Source of the DNA: an uncultured Cytophagia bacterium
GTDB taxonomy: Bacteria; Zhuqueibacterota; Zhuqueibacteria; Residuimicrobiales; Krinioviventaceae
Assembly: GCA_964432185.1 (NCBI GenBank)
Contig: CAYSNA010000002.1
Span: 1 to 42,511, forward strand
DNA: 42,511 bases
Reading direction: 5' to 3'
Positions within the stretch are counted from its first letter, which is position 1. Every line of letters starts with the position of its first letter. Below are positions 8,017-17,115 of the stretch, piece by piece. The notes under the pieces were generated by a model that did no database searches, was not told where the DNA came from, and saw only the letters and a list, made by a program, of their open reading frames with translations. Made by a program: the position numbers and the translations under genes.

Positions 8017-9207
8017 TTAGATAAGACCAAATTCTTTGCCGACCTTTTCGAACGTACAGAGAACTTTGTCCAACTCTTCATCCGTATGCGTTGCCATATA
8101 GCTGGTTCGCAGCAAACCCATGCCGGGCGGCACCGCCGGACTGACGACGGGATTACACACCACGCCGTTATCAAACAATAATTTCCAAAATCCAAACGTC
8201 TTTTCATCATCACCAATAATGATTGGAATGATCGGCGTCTCGCTATGTCCGGTATTAAAACCGAGTTCCTCGTAGCCTTTTTTCATTTTGTGATAATTCG
8301 CCCACAATCGATCGAGGCGTTCCGGCTCTTTCTGCAAAATGTCGAGACAAGCGAGCACGGTTGCTACGGCAGACGGCGGCGGGCTTGCGGAAAAGATCAA
8401 CGCTCTGGCCGTATGTTTGATGTGACGAATGACATCCTCCCGACCGGCGATAAAGCCGCCGAGCGAAGCAAATGATTTGCTGAATGTGCCCATCACCAAA
8501 TCGACCTTGTCGATGAGCCCAAAATGTTCGGCTGTTCCGGCGCCGGTTTTGCCGAGAATGCCAATGGCATGCGCATCATCCACCATAACGCGCGCGCCAA
8601 ATTTTTCCGCAATTTTCACCAGTTCAGGCAGCTTGACGATATCGCCGCCCATGCTGAACACGCCGTCGGTGACAATGAGAACGCCGCCGGTGACGCCATT
8701 GCGCGTCAGCACATTTTCCAAATCCTGCATATCATTATGGCGATATTTTAATGCTCGGCCAAATGAGAGCCGCGTGCCGTCAACAATGCTGGCATGATTC
8801 TCAGCATCACCGACGACCAGATCCTTGCGGCCAACGATCGTGGAGATGGTGCCCTGGTTGGTCTGAAAGCCCGTTGAAAACACCAGCACTTTTTCCATCT
8901 GCATAAATTCAGCAAGCCGTTCTTCCAATTCTTCATGCAGGCTGAGAGTTCCATTCAAAAACCGCGAACCTGTACAGCCGGAGCCGAATTTATCAATGGC
9001 GTCTTTGGCGGCTTGTTTGACGCGCGGATCCTGCGTCAGGCCCAAATAGTTATTCGAGCCGATCATTACTTTTTCTTCACCATGAATGGTAACAGTTGTA
9101 TCTGCTCCTGAATCAATGGCGATAAAATAGGGGTACCAGCCTTCATCTATGGCCTGCTTGGCGCGTGCACTTTTTCCTTGCGAACACTTTTCGAACAAGT
9201 CTATCAC
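8017..9207 (-). CDS. PLP-dependent alpha-oxoamine synthase, most similar by eye to serine palmitoyltransferase (family also includes KBL and BioF)
   Basis: 396 aa. GSNNYLGLTQDPRV, KFGSGCTGSRFLNGT, VFSTGFQTNQG, DAENHASI, VDDAHAIG and the PLP-lysine motif GTFSKSFASLGG are all present. GTG start at 9207 with GGGAGA 6 nt upstream. Confidence 0.85.
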   Translation of the reverse strand: MIDLFEKCSQGKSARAKQAIDEGWYPYFIAIDSGADTTVTIHGEEKVMIGSNNYLGLTQDPRVKQAAKDAIDKFGSGCTGSRFLNGTLSLHEELEERLAEFMQMEKVLVFSTGFQTNQGTISTIVGRKDLVVGDAENHASIVDGTRLSFGRALKYRHNDMQDLENVLTRNGVTGGVLIVTDGVFSMGGDIVKLPELVKIAEKFGARVMVDDAHAIGILGKTGAGTAEHFGLIDKVDLVMGTFSKSFASLGGFIAGREDVIRHIKHTARALIFSASPPPSAVATVLACLDILQKEPERLDRLWANYHKMKKGYEELGFNTGHSETPIIPIIIGDDEKTFGFWKLLFDNGVVCNPVVSPAVPPGMGLLRTSYMATHTDEELDKVLCTFEKVGKEFGLI

Positions 9208-9397
9208 TTTTAGTCTCCCAGCTGATTTCGCTTACGCATTAAAAATGGATGCTGTGGTAAGATTCAATGGAATTTACGACGTTGAGGTAGGTCGCCGTGT
9301 GATTGATAGTCTCAATTGCGCTCAATATAAATAATGGCGTTCATTATGTCAAGCGCAATCTGGAGGTAATGATAAGAGTTTGTCGGTCATACCGCAT

Positions 9398-9423
9398 ACG
9401 CCTTTGTCGATTGACAAAGGCGT
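9398..9423 (-). terminator. Hairpin immediately downstream of the 374-aa barrel gene (putative terminator)
   Basis: ACGCCTTTGTC-GATT-GACAAAGGCGT is a perfect 11-bp stem starting 8 nt after the stop at 9431. There is no clear U-tract. Confidence 0.4.
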
Positions 9424-9430
9424 TGAATAA

Positions 9431-10549
9431 TTAATTCCCGGATGTCTGCGCTCCGGTTTTCTCTTTTTCACGCTTTAGCCGTTCAAGCTCGGCGTTAATT
9501 TCTTTTTGTTTTTCAATTTCTTTTTGCAGTTGAGAATATAATTCGCGCGTTTTACGTTGCTGCTGGCGTTCAATGGAAGCACGCGCAAAACCATAATCCG
9601 AGCTTGGGAGAATCAGATAGCGCAATCCCAGGTTAATGCGCCACCCCGGGTAATTGCCGACGCCGGAGAAATCGGGTTCAAAACCAATGGTCGTATCTTT
9701 TCCGGGAGACAGGCGCAAATCCGCATTGGCAAAGATGGACATACGATGGTGTGCTTTGAACTGGCCGCTGACGTTCATATAAAAATAATTTTCGCGACTT
9801 GCCGCGCCCCGTGGAGGTTGCGCCAACCATGACATGCCGTACAGCTCAATGCCATAAATGAATTGTTCAACTGGAAACTCGACTCCGAGAGCGTAAATTA
9901 AGGATTGACTGGTACGTTTCACGAGTCCAAGGTCGCGCGGCTCAACTTCGGACAAGTATTCGCCTTTATCATTGTGATTCCAGTAACCGAGGTTGGCATG
10001 CACGCGGACATCACTTTTAAGCTGAGGCGCCGAATAACGGTAGGTCAAAAGTCCGGTCAATCCAAATTCAAATTTTCCCGCGGTATAGTCTTCAAAAATG
10101 ACGTTATGTTTTTTGCCGGTAGGAAAACGCATGCCGATGTCAAAACCGATCCAGTAGGGCTGTTTTTCGATCTTGTAATTACCCAGTTTAAAATTCAAGT
10201 AGGTATCCCAGGGGACCTGCTCTCCCTCATCCTTGTGCGCATCCTGGTATACAATTGGGCTCAGCGACACGACGCCATGTTCGCTAAATCCATAGGTCAC
10301 ATTGGCGATGGCACGCGCGACCCAGATTCTGGTTTCGCCTTTTGAGTCACCATTGGGATATTCACCAGTTCCGCCCCAAAAACGCAGGTTCCCCATGGTT
10401 GTCATATGCCCCTGTAATGTCGTATAAGCGGATTTTGTATGCGGCAGTCCGCGGCCGGCATTGATGACGAGCGCAAACGCCTGGATATTCATCAGAAAAA
10501 TGAACGCGCCAATCAACGTTTTGTGCGCTACTTTACAACCCTCACGCAT
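9431..10549 (-). CDS. Uncharacterised outer-membrane beta-barrel protein with a C-terminal charged coiled-coil tail
   Basis: Signal peptide (KTLIGAFIFLMNIQAFA). Alternating hydrophobic strand pattern with aromatic girdles through ...GWRINLGLRYLIL. A tail of about 55 aa follows (IERQQQRKTRELYSQLQKEIEKQKEINAELERLKREKEKTG). The FPTGK motif faintly recalls MetA-pathway-type barrels; that is unverified. I prefer the ATG at 10549 over the TTG at 10555. Confidence 0.6.
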   Translation of the reverse strand: MREGCKVAHKTLIGAFIFLMNIQAFALVINAGRGLPHTKSAYTTLQGHMTTMGNLRFWGGTGEYPNGDSKGETRIWVARAIANVTYGFSEHGVVSLSPIVYQDAHKDEGEQVPWDTYLNFKLGNYKIEKQPYWIGFDIGMRFPTGKKHNVIFEDYTAGKFEFGLTGLLTYRYSAPQLKSDVRVHANLGYWNHNDKGEYLSEVEPRDLGLVKRTSQSLIYALGVEFPVEQFIYGIELYGMSWLAQPPRGAASRENYFYMNVSGQFKAHHRMSIFANADLRLSPGKDTTIGFEPDFSGVGNYPGWRINLGLRYLILPSSDYGFARASIERQQQRKTRELYSQLQKEIEKQKEINAELERLKREKEKTGAQTSGN

Positions 10550-10556
10550 AGCCAAT

Positions 10557-10742
10557 CTACCATCCTTTCAATGTTCCAAAAATAACTGTGATAAGGAACA
10601 CATCGATTTTGAAATTGATGACTTTAGCTAACTCTCTCCGCCTCACAATCCAAAACCCCAAACCCATAGAGAATATAAGAAATCCGGCAATAAAAATCGC
10701 CAAAAAGTTCGACTGCACTAATAACAGAGGAACGGTCCACAC
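10557..10742 (-). CDS. Possible 61-aa two-TM membrane peptide between porV and the barrel gene
   Basis: GTG start with no clear RBS. Contains a hydrophobic segment FLAIFIAGFLIFSMGLGFWIV followed by RRRE. Its stop lies 7 nt before the ATG of the next gene. It may be spurious. Confidence 0.25.
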   Translation of the reverse strand: MWTVPLLLVQSNFLAIFIAGFLIFSMGLGFWIVRRRELAKVINFKIDVFLITVIFGTLKGW

Positions 10743-10793
10743 TATTCAGGTAAGTGCACAGAAAATGTCCAAGACAGCGGAGAAATATATTCT

Positions 10794-11804
10794 TTACAGA
10801 ACCAATGAACAGCTGATACGATGGACATCATCAAAAGCATTATTGACAAAAGCATAATCAATATAAAATCGGCGCCAAAAAATACCGGCGCCGGCGGTTA
10901 AACCGGCTGAATTTTTGCCCAAACGTATTGCCGCGCCGCGTACCGCAAATTCAAGGCCAAACAAATTTTCCCTGTCGTATTTTTGCGACAAGGTATAAAA
11001 CAGACTTAGGGATGACGCCTCAATCCACAAGGGCTGGTTGTAACTCATGCCGAACATGCCTGTGCGTTTAATCCGATCCTCGTGCCTCGTATTCCAGATG
11101 ACGGCTGTTTTGGTCATATCCAGAATGGAGTACCCAAAAGCGAAATCACCAAGCTGCCGTTGATTGACGAGCGTCCCCAGATTAAATTTTATCATAATAC
11201 CGGCGTCAACGCCCATGCCGGAGGCGGAGGCATCGCCGAGCTTTTGTCGCAGTAATTTAAAATTGATGCCAAAGGGGATGGTCAGCGGCAGATCGCCGTA
11301 CCACCAGCCGAGCGGCAAAATGGATTCGAGCGTTTTGGCAAAAGAAAAGTAAAAGACATCTTCAACATCCTCGATATATCCGAGCGCTGTGCCGTCCGGG
11401 CGCAGCGACAGGTCTTTGTTACGTTCGGCGAATGAAGATCCTTTGAGTTCCGGGAACACGGGAATATCATCGACGGCAAACCGCGTCCAATTAATGCCGA
11501 CGACACCGCCGCCGCGCATCGGATAAATACCGCCCACATAATTATAGTTGGCCATGGGTTCGGAAAGGTTGCCGAACGTGGGCGCATACATAAAGTTGAC
11601 GTGCGGTTTGTGCGCCAAACCGAGCGATGCCGGATTATAATAGAACGTTTCGCCGGTATTGACCATCGCCGCCGCGGCGCCGCCGAGCGCCAAAGGTCGC
11701 GCGCCGACGCCCAGTTCCATCGAGGCTCCGGCATAGCGGCCCTGGCCTTGTGCCAGGTTCGCCAAAAGCAGACTGGTAAAAATTATAATAATGAGCTTTT
11801 TCAA
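10794..11804 (-). CDS. porV: PorV/PorQ family T9SS outer-membrane barrel
   Basis: 336 aa with signal peptide MKKLIIIIFTSLLLANLA. The family N-terminal signature is present (GVGARPLALGGAAAAMVNTGETFYYNPASLG). It lies immediately downstream of the C25/PorU-like gene, the conserved porU-porV arrangement. Apparent TTG start. Confidence 0.78.
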   Translation of the reverse strand: MKKLIIIIFTSLLLANLAQGQGRYAGASMELGVGARPLALGGAAAAMVNTGETFYYNPASLGLAHKPHVNFMYAPTFGNLSEPMANYNYVGGIYPMRGGGVVGINWTRFAVDDIPVFPELKGSSFAERNKDLSLRPDGTALGYIEDVEDVFYFSFAKTLESILPLGWWYGDLPLTIPFGINFKLLRQKLGDASASGMGVDAGIMIKFNLGTLVNQRQLGDFAFGYSILDMTKTAVIWNTRHEDRIKRTGMFGMSYNQPLWIEASSLSLFYTLSQKYDRENLFGLEFAVRGAAIRLGKNSAGLTAGAGIFWRRFYIDYAFVNNAFDDVHRISCSLVL

Positions 11805-11863
11805 AGTTCGCGCATCTCGCTTGGGTCCATTGACCTGAGTTAAATTACCTGTATCGGAAAAAT

Positions 11864-12157
11864 CTATTTTATTTTGGCAATTTTACCTGTGATTGTTTTG
11901 GTGCGACCATCGGCTTTGCCGATGAGTTGATAAAAATAGACGCCGTTTGCGACCTCGTACCCGTCGGCATCCCGGCCGTCCCAATAGACTTCATGATAAT
12001 CGGCGCTGAGCGGATTCGGATCATCAAAAACCGTTGTAGCATCAAAATGGCGGATGAGCCGGCCCGATGCCGTAAAAATTTTCAGCGACATATCCGTCAC
12101 CGGGCTGGTGAACAGATAGACGAACCGGGTATCGTCAGTGAACGGATTCGGATAATT
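11864..12157 (-). other. T9SS C-terminal sorting-domain coding segment of the PorU-like protein (divergent, 97 aa)
   Basis: NYPNPFTDDTRFVYLF...LKIFTASGRLIRHF...VYWDGRDADGYEVANGVYFYQL. Confidence 0.7.
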
Positions 12158-15100
12158 ACCGAGCATCTGAATCTCGAACTGGCCGGCAACGCGGAACGAA
12201 AATTCGTAGCGCGGCGTGATGTTTTGATTACAATCCGCCGCCTGCACCGTTAGCGTTTGGTCGCCCGGCAGCAATTGCGGATTATAACTGATGAGAATCT
12301 GGTTGCCGTCGATGATCGAATCCGGCAGCGCAATATCCGCAGCATCGACCGTCTTGCCGTTCAGCGTTATTTCAAGCCGACCGGACGAAATGTCGACGCC
12401 GTTCATATCCTGCAAACGAATGCCGATACGCGGTTCGGCGCTGGCCCATTTTCCGGTCACATAGGGCTGGCCGTCAATCGCCAGCGAAATGTCCGGCGGC
12501 GTCAGATCCTGCGCGGCAAGCACCGCCACCGGGCCAATATCTGGCAGTTCAGCGTATAACCTGCCCGGTTCATTTTGTGTTTGACATTTGATCCATTTTT
12601 TCGTCTGTCTCGAAAATCGAAACAGCGTCGAATTCAGCTCGACCGAATCCACAGCCGCGCTGTCCGGCGCCATATGCAACACCAGGGTTACGGCTTTATC
12701 CACCTGAACCGTTGACGACAACAGGCGCAGATCATACGCCGGGGTCCCGCTCACGTAGGCGTAATCCGGCTGTTGAAAAATCGTCACATTATTCAGCGTG
12801 TCAATAAAAAGCGCCGAGTTGCCGGATAAAGCGCCAACCGGCAGTTCGATGGATACGTTTTCATCAAAGGCCAATGTCGTCGAGCGCTCTCCATTCAACA
12901 CAAAACCGGTTGAAGTGCACTGGAATATGTTCGGCTGCATCATTTTGCTCAGCACATTGTCGTCGCGGTCCTGCTCACGCAGGGTGGAATCGGGATCAAG
13001 CGTGATGCGCACGTGCAGGGGGCCGGGCGCCGGAGCGTAGGCGTATCGGCTGCGAATCGAGGCGTACGCATCAATATCAACCGTATCGTAGCCGATGGTC
13101 TTCCAGCCGTTCTCATTTTGATATTCGTACAAAATGGGCAAACGATCGACCGCATTGCTGCTGGCATTATTAATCATGGTTTCGAGAAAAACCTGATCCA
13201 GGCCGACAAAACGAAGATTCTCCTGATCAAGCGCCACATCAACGGCAAAGTTTATATAATGTTTAAAAAGCTGACTGGTGTGCAGCGTATTATTTTCATC
13301 GAGAGCCTGAAAATAATATGAAAACTGAAAACCGGTGAACGGGACCGACAACGTTTTTTCTGACTTGAACCAGTTATCGCCCATCGCCTCAAGAGAAAGC
13401 GAATCATTCAACGCCAGGCACCAAATTTTTTGCAGCGGCGCGCGGCTGCGCACGTGCACAAAAATTTCATACAGCGTGTCAATGGCTGTGGGCGCGGCAT
13501 AGGCCGAATCGAAAATCGCGCCTTTGAGCGACACCGATACCGAACCGTGCGTGCGATTGTTGCCAAAATCGTCCGTGCCGTAAAAACGCAGCGTTCCGGT
13601 TTGACCGATAAAATCCTCGTCAATGGGCAAACGGGCGGTCGGTCGGCCATCGGAAAAAGCCACCGAGGATTCCGAGTTGATCACCTTGATGCTGTCCTGA
13701 ACATGGAAATGACCCTGTCCCTGCACAAACGGCAGCGAGGCCACCACGTTGACCGTATCGCCCTTGAGCAAAATAGGATTGGCGACATCGAGGGTGGTTT
13801 GGTGCTCTGGTAAAACAATTCGTGTGGCCGGATCGCCAAGCAGATGGTATTGATTGATTTGCGAAATGGCCTGCGTGGTTTTATAATGCGCCAGATAGGA
13901 AATTTTGCCGGCGGTAAACATATCGCCCAGCGGTTGGCCGGGATTGTTAAAAATCATTTTCATGATTTCGGTTTGCAGAAAATAGTCGTTCCATTCCCAG
14001 CCAACGCCGCTGGCGCCGACCATGGCCAGAGCGCCTTCGCCCTCGGCGAACAGCAGCGCATCGGCCAGCGACTGCTCGTAGTGCGGTTCTTCAAAACGAC
14101 CGGTGTAACAGGTCATACTGAGGATGAACGGCAGTTTGCCGCGCGTATAAAATCGGCTGACATCTTCGAGACGCAACAAATTATTATCCGCCCAAATGGC
14201 GCCGCCGCCGTGCCCGTGAAAAGTGACGACGCTGCAACCGAGACCCAGATAATCGAGCAAATCCGTCGTGCCGCCAAAATAGGGATCAAAGTCCAGCGTT
14301 TTGTCTTTGAGAGAAAACAATGTTCGCGTATCAAAATTTTGCGGAACAATGCGAGACAGGGCGAGACCCTGTGTCCGAAACGTCAAACCATTGCCGCCGA
14401 TAATCAAAAATCGATTGGGCCAGTCGCCCGTGGGCGGCGCGGTTTCATACTTGAGCATTTTCGACACAACCGCATCGAGCTCCGCCACCGTCTTGACCGG
14501 AAAACGGCCAATATTGATGTCCGGCACTTCATCATTGCCGGAAATGAGCGTGTACCAAAAATCGCTCGCCGCCGCGCCATAGTGCAGGGTTTGCCGCAGA
14601 TAGACGGGGATATAATTCAGCGTGTCGCCCTGCGCGGTAACATGCAGGTAACAGCCGTCGCCAACCAGCAGCACGTGCCGCAAACGCGGTTCCTGCCACT
14701 GATCATAGGCCCATTTCAAAAAATCTCGAATCGCATACGGGCTCATATGGCCGTGAGAGAACTCGTCATAAATATCCTGCACATCAACTTTGAGGGCATG
14801 ATAGCCCTGCGACTGGCGGTGCGCCAACAGGTCATCGAGAATCGGCGTGTCGTAAAATTTTTCATGCGCGATGATCACATAGTCGGCCGCCAGTTGGTTG
14901 TCTTTGAGATGACTGGCTCTATCCTGTTGAATGGCGAGCGGTTTGAGTTTGGCGCTGTTGGACACGGCGACAAATTCCGTTTCCGGATAGAGCACATCAT
15001 TTTGAAAACTGATTTGCAGCGAGGTGAAATCGTGAAAATCAGTCACCTCCTCAACAAGGCCGCCAACAATTTTGCTTTGATATAGTTTATAAATATCGAT

Positions 15101-16654
15101 GTCCGGATCGACAAAACCATCCACGCGAAAAAGAAATTTACCGTTGTTCAAATCGGGTGGAATTCTGAATTTGATAAAATCATTCTGCGCGCGGTACAGC
15201 CGCGGATAGTTCACCTCAAACCAGTTGAGATAAAAATTATCAATGCGCTGCGGATTAACGCCGTTGACGACGCTGAGAATATTTTCGCCATGTTTGACGT
15301 CCGCACCGTTTATGTAGCTGTTGGCGCCGCTTCGCAGATCGGCATAATCTTGTGAATACCAGTCGTGCGACGCGATGAAGGTATTATTCAAATAAACGAT
15401 GGCGCTGTGGGCGCTGTCGGTGGCGGTGGTTAATCCGCTCAACATCACCCGGGCCGTCACGCGCAACGGCGACTGGTTATCCGGGTGCCACAAGTCGAAC
15501 GGATAATCAACCTTTTTACCGGCAAGAATGCCGCGATCCCAAAACCAGTGATCGCGCAAGGTATCCATCGGAATTTTGCTGAGGTGATCAAAATAATTAT
15601 CCCGTTCAAAATGCAGCGTTTCCATGTAGGAATAGGGTCGGATGGTTTCACCAGGCTGTGTGTCGGAAATTTCACCGGACTCCTCAACCATCCACAAGCC
15701 GCGCTTTTCCCACGATAACCAGTAAACGCGATGATTGCCGTACGGATCCTGATACAAATCCGGCGCTTGATCCTGAAAGGTTTGCACGCGAGCCGTGCCC
15801 CAAAACTCGAAATAATCATCGGCATTAAATTGGCCGTCACGCCAGCCTTCGGCATACACCGAAACCTCTTTGCCGTCGGAGGTCAGGCGCAATTGTTTGA
15901 AATCAATATCAAGCAGACGCACACCGGCGGCCGCCAGGTCATGCCCGGTGATACGATACAGTCCGTCCTCATTGACGACAATTCTCCAGCGCTCGATCTC
16001 TGCGGTTTTTTTGCTCAAACCGGCTGCCGGGCGCGCTTTTTGAGCGGTTGTCGCGGCGATAACATCCATATTGTCGAGCAGCGCCATATCGGTGGTCGTC
16101 GCCGGTTGGACGGCCATGTTGTGTGTCTCGGCAAAAACATCAAAAATAATTTGTGTAGTGACGATCAGCTCGCCGGTCTGTCGATCATAACGAAAAGGAT
16201 AAACCGCAACGCGCAGCAAATCGCTCTGTTTGAATTGACCGAGATAATCAATTTCGACGAGATTCGGCTCAACGGGAGCAAGAAAATCGTGCACCATTTT
16301 CGGTTGATCGTCGCCTTCCGGATGCCAGAACGACTCGCTCATCGGCATGGGTTCGTTTATGGGGAAACGCTGTTCCTGGCTGGACACCAGACTCACGGTA
16401 GCCTGCCGGCTATTCAGATGAATCAGGACAGGTTTATAGGGGAGAACATAGCCGTCTTTGTGCTGAAAGAGCGGCAGGTCGCTGAGCACCTGCGCGCGCG
16501 GCTGTCCATCAACAATAATTTCACCGATGGCCGGCACGTCGGTCATCACGTGCAGCCGTACACGATTCGGCTGCTTTTCAACAATACGAACCTCTTGCGA
16601 CAAGGCCGTAACTATCGAACAAAAAAGAAAAAGAATTGTAGCAATTTTTTTCAC
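11864..16654 (-). CDS. porU: Peptidase C25 (gingipain family) protein, PorU-like T9SS sortase candidate, with its own C-terminal sorting-type domain
   Basis: 1596 aa with signal peptide ...IVTALS|QEV. The C25 catalytic dyad context is VVTFHGHGGGAIW (His815, nt 14212-14210) and PFILSMTCYTGRF (Cys849, nt 14110-14108). The C-terminus is NYPNPFTDD...GVYFYQLIG...KIAKIK. GTG start with AGGA upstream. A PorV-family gene is directly downstream. Confidence 0.78.
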   Translation of the reverse strand: MKKIATILFLFCSIVTALSQEVRIVEKQPNRVRLHVMTDVPAIGEIIVDGQPRAQVLSDLPLFQHKDGYVLPYKPVLIHLNSRQATVSLVSSQEQRFPINEPMPMSESFWHPEGDDQPKMVHDFLAPVEPNLVEIDYLGQFKQSDLLRVAVYPFRYDRQTGELIVTTQIIFDVFAETHNMAVQPATTTDMALLDNMDVIAATTAQKARPAAGLSKKTAEIERWRIVVNEDGLYRITGHDLAAAGVRLLDIDFKQLRLTSDGKEVSVYAEGWRDGQFNADDYFEFWGTARVQTFQDQAPDLYQDPYGNHRVYWLSWEKRGLWMVEESGEISDTQPGETIRPYSYMETLHFERDNYFDHLSKIPMDTLRDHWFWDRGILAGKKVDYPFDLWHPDNQSPLRVTARVMLSGLTTATDSAHSAIVYLNNTFIASHDWYSQDYADLRSGANSYINGADVKHGENILSVVNGVNPQRIDNFYLNWFEVNYPRLYRAQNDFIKFRIPPDLNNGKFLFRVDGFVDPDIDIYKLYQSKIVGGLVEEVTDFHDFTSLQISFQNDVLYPETEFVAVSNSAKLKPLAIQQDRASHLKDNQLAADYVIIAHEKFYDTPILDDLLAHRQSQGYHALKVDVQDIYDEFSHGHMSPYAIRDFLKWAYDQWQEPRLRHVLLVGDGCYLHVTAQGDTLNYIPVYLRQTLHYGAAASDFWYTLISGNDEVPDINIGRFPVKTVAELDAVVSKMLKYETAPPTGDWPNRFLIIGGNGLTFRTQGLALSRIVPQNFDTRTLFSLKDKTLDFDPYFGGTTDLLDYLGLGCSVVTFHGHGGGAIWADNNLLRLEDVSRFYTRGKLPFILSMTCYTGRFEEPHYEQSLADALLFAEGEGALAMVGASGVGWEWNDYFLQTEIMKMIFNNPGQPLGDMFTAGKISYLAHYKTTQAISQINQYHLLGDPATRIVLPEHQTTLDVANPILLKGDTVNVVASLPFVQGQGHFHVQDSIKVINSESSVAFSDGRPTARLPIDEDFIGQTGTLRFYGTDDFGNNRTHGSVSVSLKGAIFDSAYAAPTAIDTLYEIFVHVRSRAPLQKIWCLALNDSLSLEAMGDNWFKSEKTLSVPFTGFQFSYYFQALDENNTLHTSQLFKHYINFAVDVALDQENLRFVGLDQVFLETMINNASSNAVDRLPILYEYQNENGWKTIGYDTVDIDAYASIRSRYAYAPAPGPLHVRITLDPDSTLREQDRDDNVLSKMMQPNIFQCTSTGFVLNGERSTTLAFDENVSIELPVGALSGNSALFIDTLNNVTIFQQPDYAYVSGTPAYDLRLLSSTVQVDKAVTLVLHMAPDSAAVDSVELNSTLFRFSRQTKKWIKCQTQNEPGRLYAELPDIGPVAVLAAQDLTPPDISLAIDGQPYVTGKWASAEPRIGIRLQDMNGVDISSGRLEITLNGKTVDAADIALPDSIIDGNQILISYNPQLLPGDQTLTVQAADCNQNITPRYEFSFRVAGQFEIQMLGNYPNPFTDDTRFVYLFTSPVTDMSLKIFTASGRLIRHFDATTVFDDPNPLSADYHEVYWDGRDADGYEVANGVYFYQLIGKADGRTKTITGKIAKIK

Positions 16655-16826
16655 GAGCGTCCTGTGCTGCTTGAACTGTGATCTGCGATTCCAAGCTGCA
16701 AATTAAGCATCTTTGCAGAATGTTCCAAGTTTGGTTTTTTCGATGATCATGGAAATTGTATTACAACACAATAGATAAATTCGATCGGTTTGCGCAAAAG
16801 ATTTTATTGCGGGAATAGATGTGAAC

Positions 16827-16852
16827 GCGGGGCAGGCCATGGCCCACCCCGC
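16827..16852 (-). terminator. GC-rich hairpin just downstream of the 1080-aa cargo gene
   Basis: GCGGGG-CA-GGCC-AT-GGCC-CA-CCCCGC, with a 2x2 internal mismatch. It starts 6 nt after the stop at 16858. The T-run is on the plus-strand side only, so terminator function for the minus-strand gene is uncertain. Confidence 0.35.
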
Positions 16853-16857
16853 ACTTT

Positions 16858-17115
16858 TTATTTAATCAAAAGCATTTTTATTGATTTTGTCTCATCGCCG
16901 GTCGTCAGGCGGGCGATATATAATCCGGCGCTCACCGGTTGATCCGCCGCATCACGCCCGTTCCAGACCATAGAATGATGACCGGCCTCAAAAGCGCGCT
17001 GCGCCAAAGTCACGACCTGCCGTCCCAACACATCGTAAACCGCGACATCAACATGCTGTTGGTGTGGTACAGAAAAGGCGATGGTTGTCGACGGATTAAA
17101 CGGATTGGGATAATT
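16858..17115 (-). other. T9SS type-A C-terminal sorting-domain coding segment
   Basis: NYPNPFNPSTTIAFSVPHQQHVDVAVYDVLGRQVVTL...WNGRDAADQPVSAGLYIARL...KMLLIK. Confidence 0.8.

Noticed and set aside
9316-9359. An 8-bp inverted repeat (ATTGCGCT / AGCGCAAT) with a 28-nt loop upstream of the SPT-like gene.
   Set aside because: The stem is short with a long AT-rich loop and no supporting motif or second copy. It is not distinguishable from chance.
13844-15085. Long plus-strand ORFs antisense to the big minus-strand genes: 13844-15085 (413 aa), 15731-16681 (316 aa), 17653-18327, 18334-19137, 25395-26339 (314 aa), 27315-28154 (279 aa).
   Set aside because: Each lies wholly inside a minus-strand gene with clear family features (PorU-like, cargo, SprA). 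Their translations are low-complexity and R/I/G/F-rich with no recognisable motifs. This is typical of stop-free shadow frames opposite strongly codon-biased genes.
16821-16830. The 10-mer GTGAACGCGG is shared by the porU upstream region (16821-16830) and the sprA upstream region (29433-29442), both adjacent to hairpins. It looked like a possible common T9SS operator.
   Set aside because: A single shared 10-mer in a 42-kb window is well within chance expectation. The distances to the two start codons differ greatly (about 170 nt versus about 400 nt). The flanking sequence is not similar.
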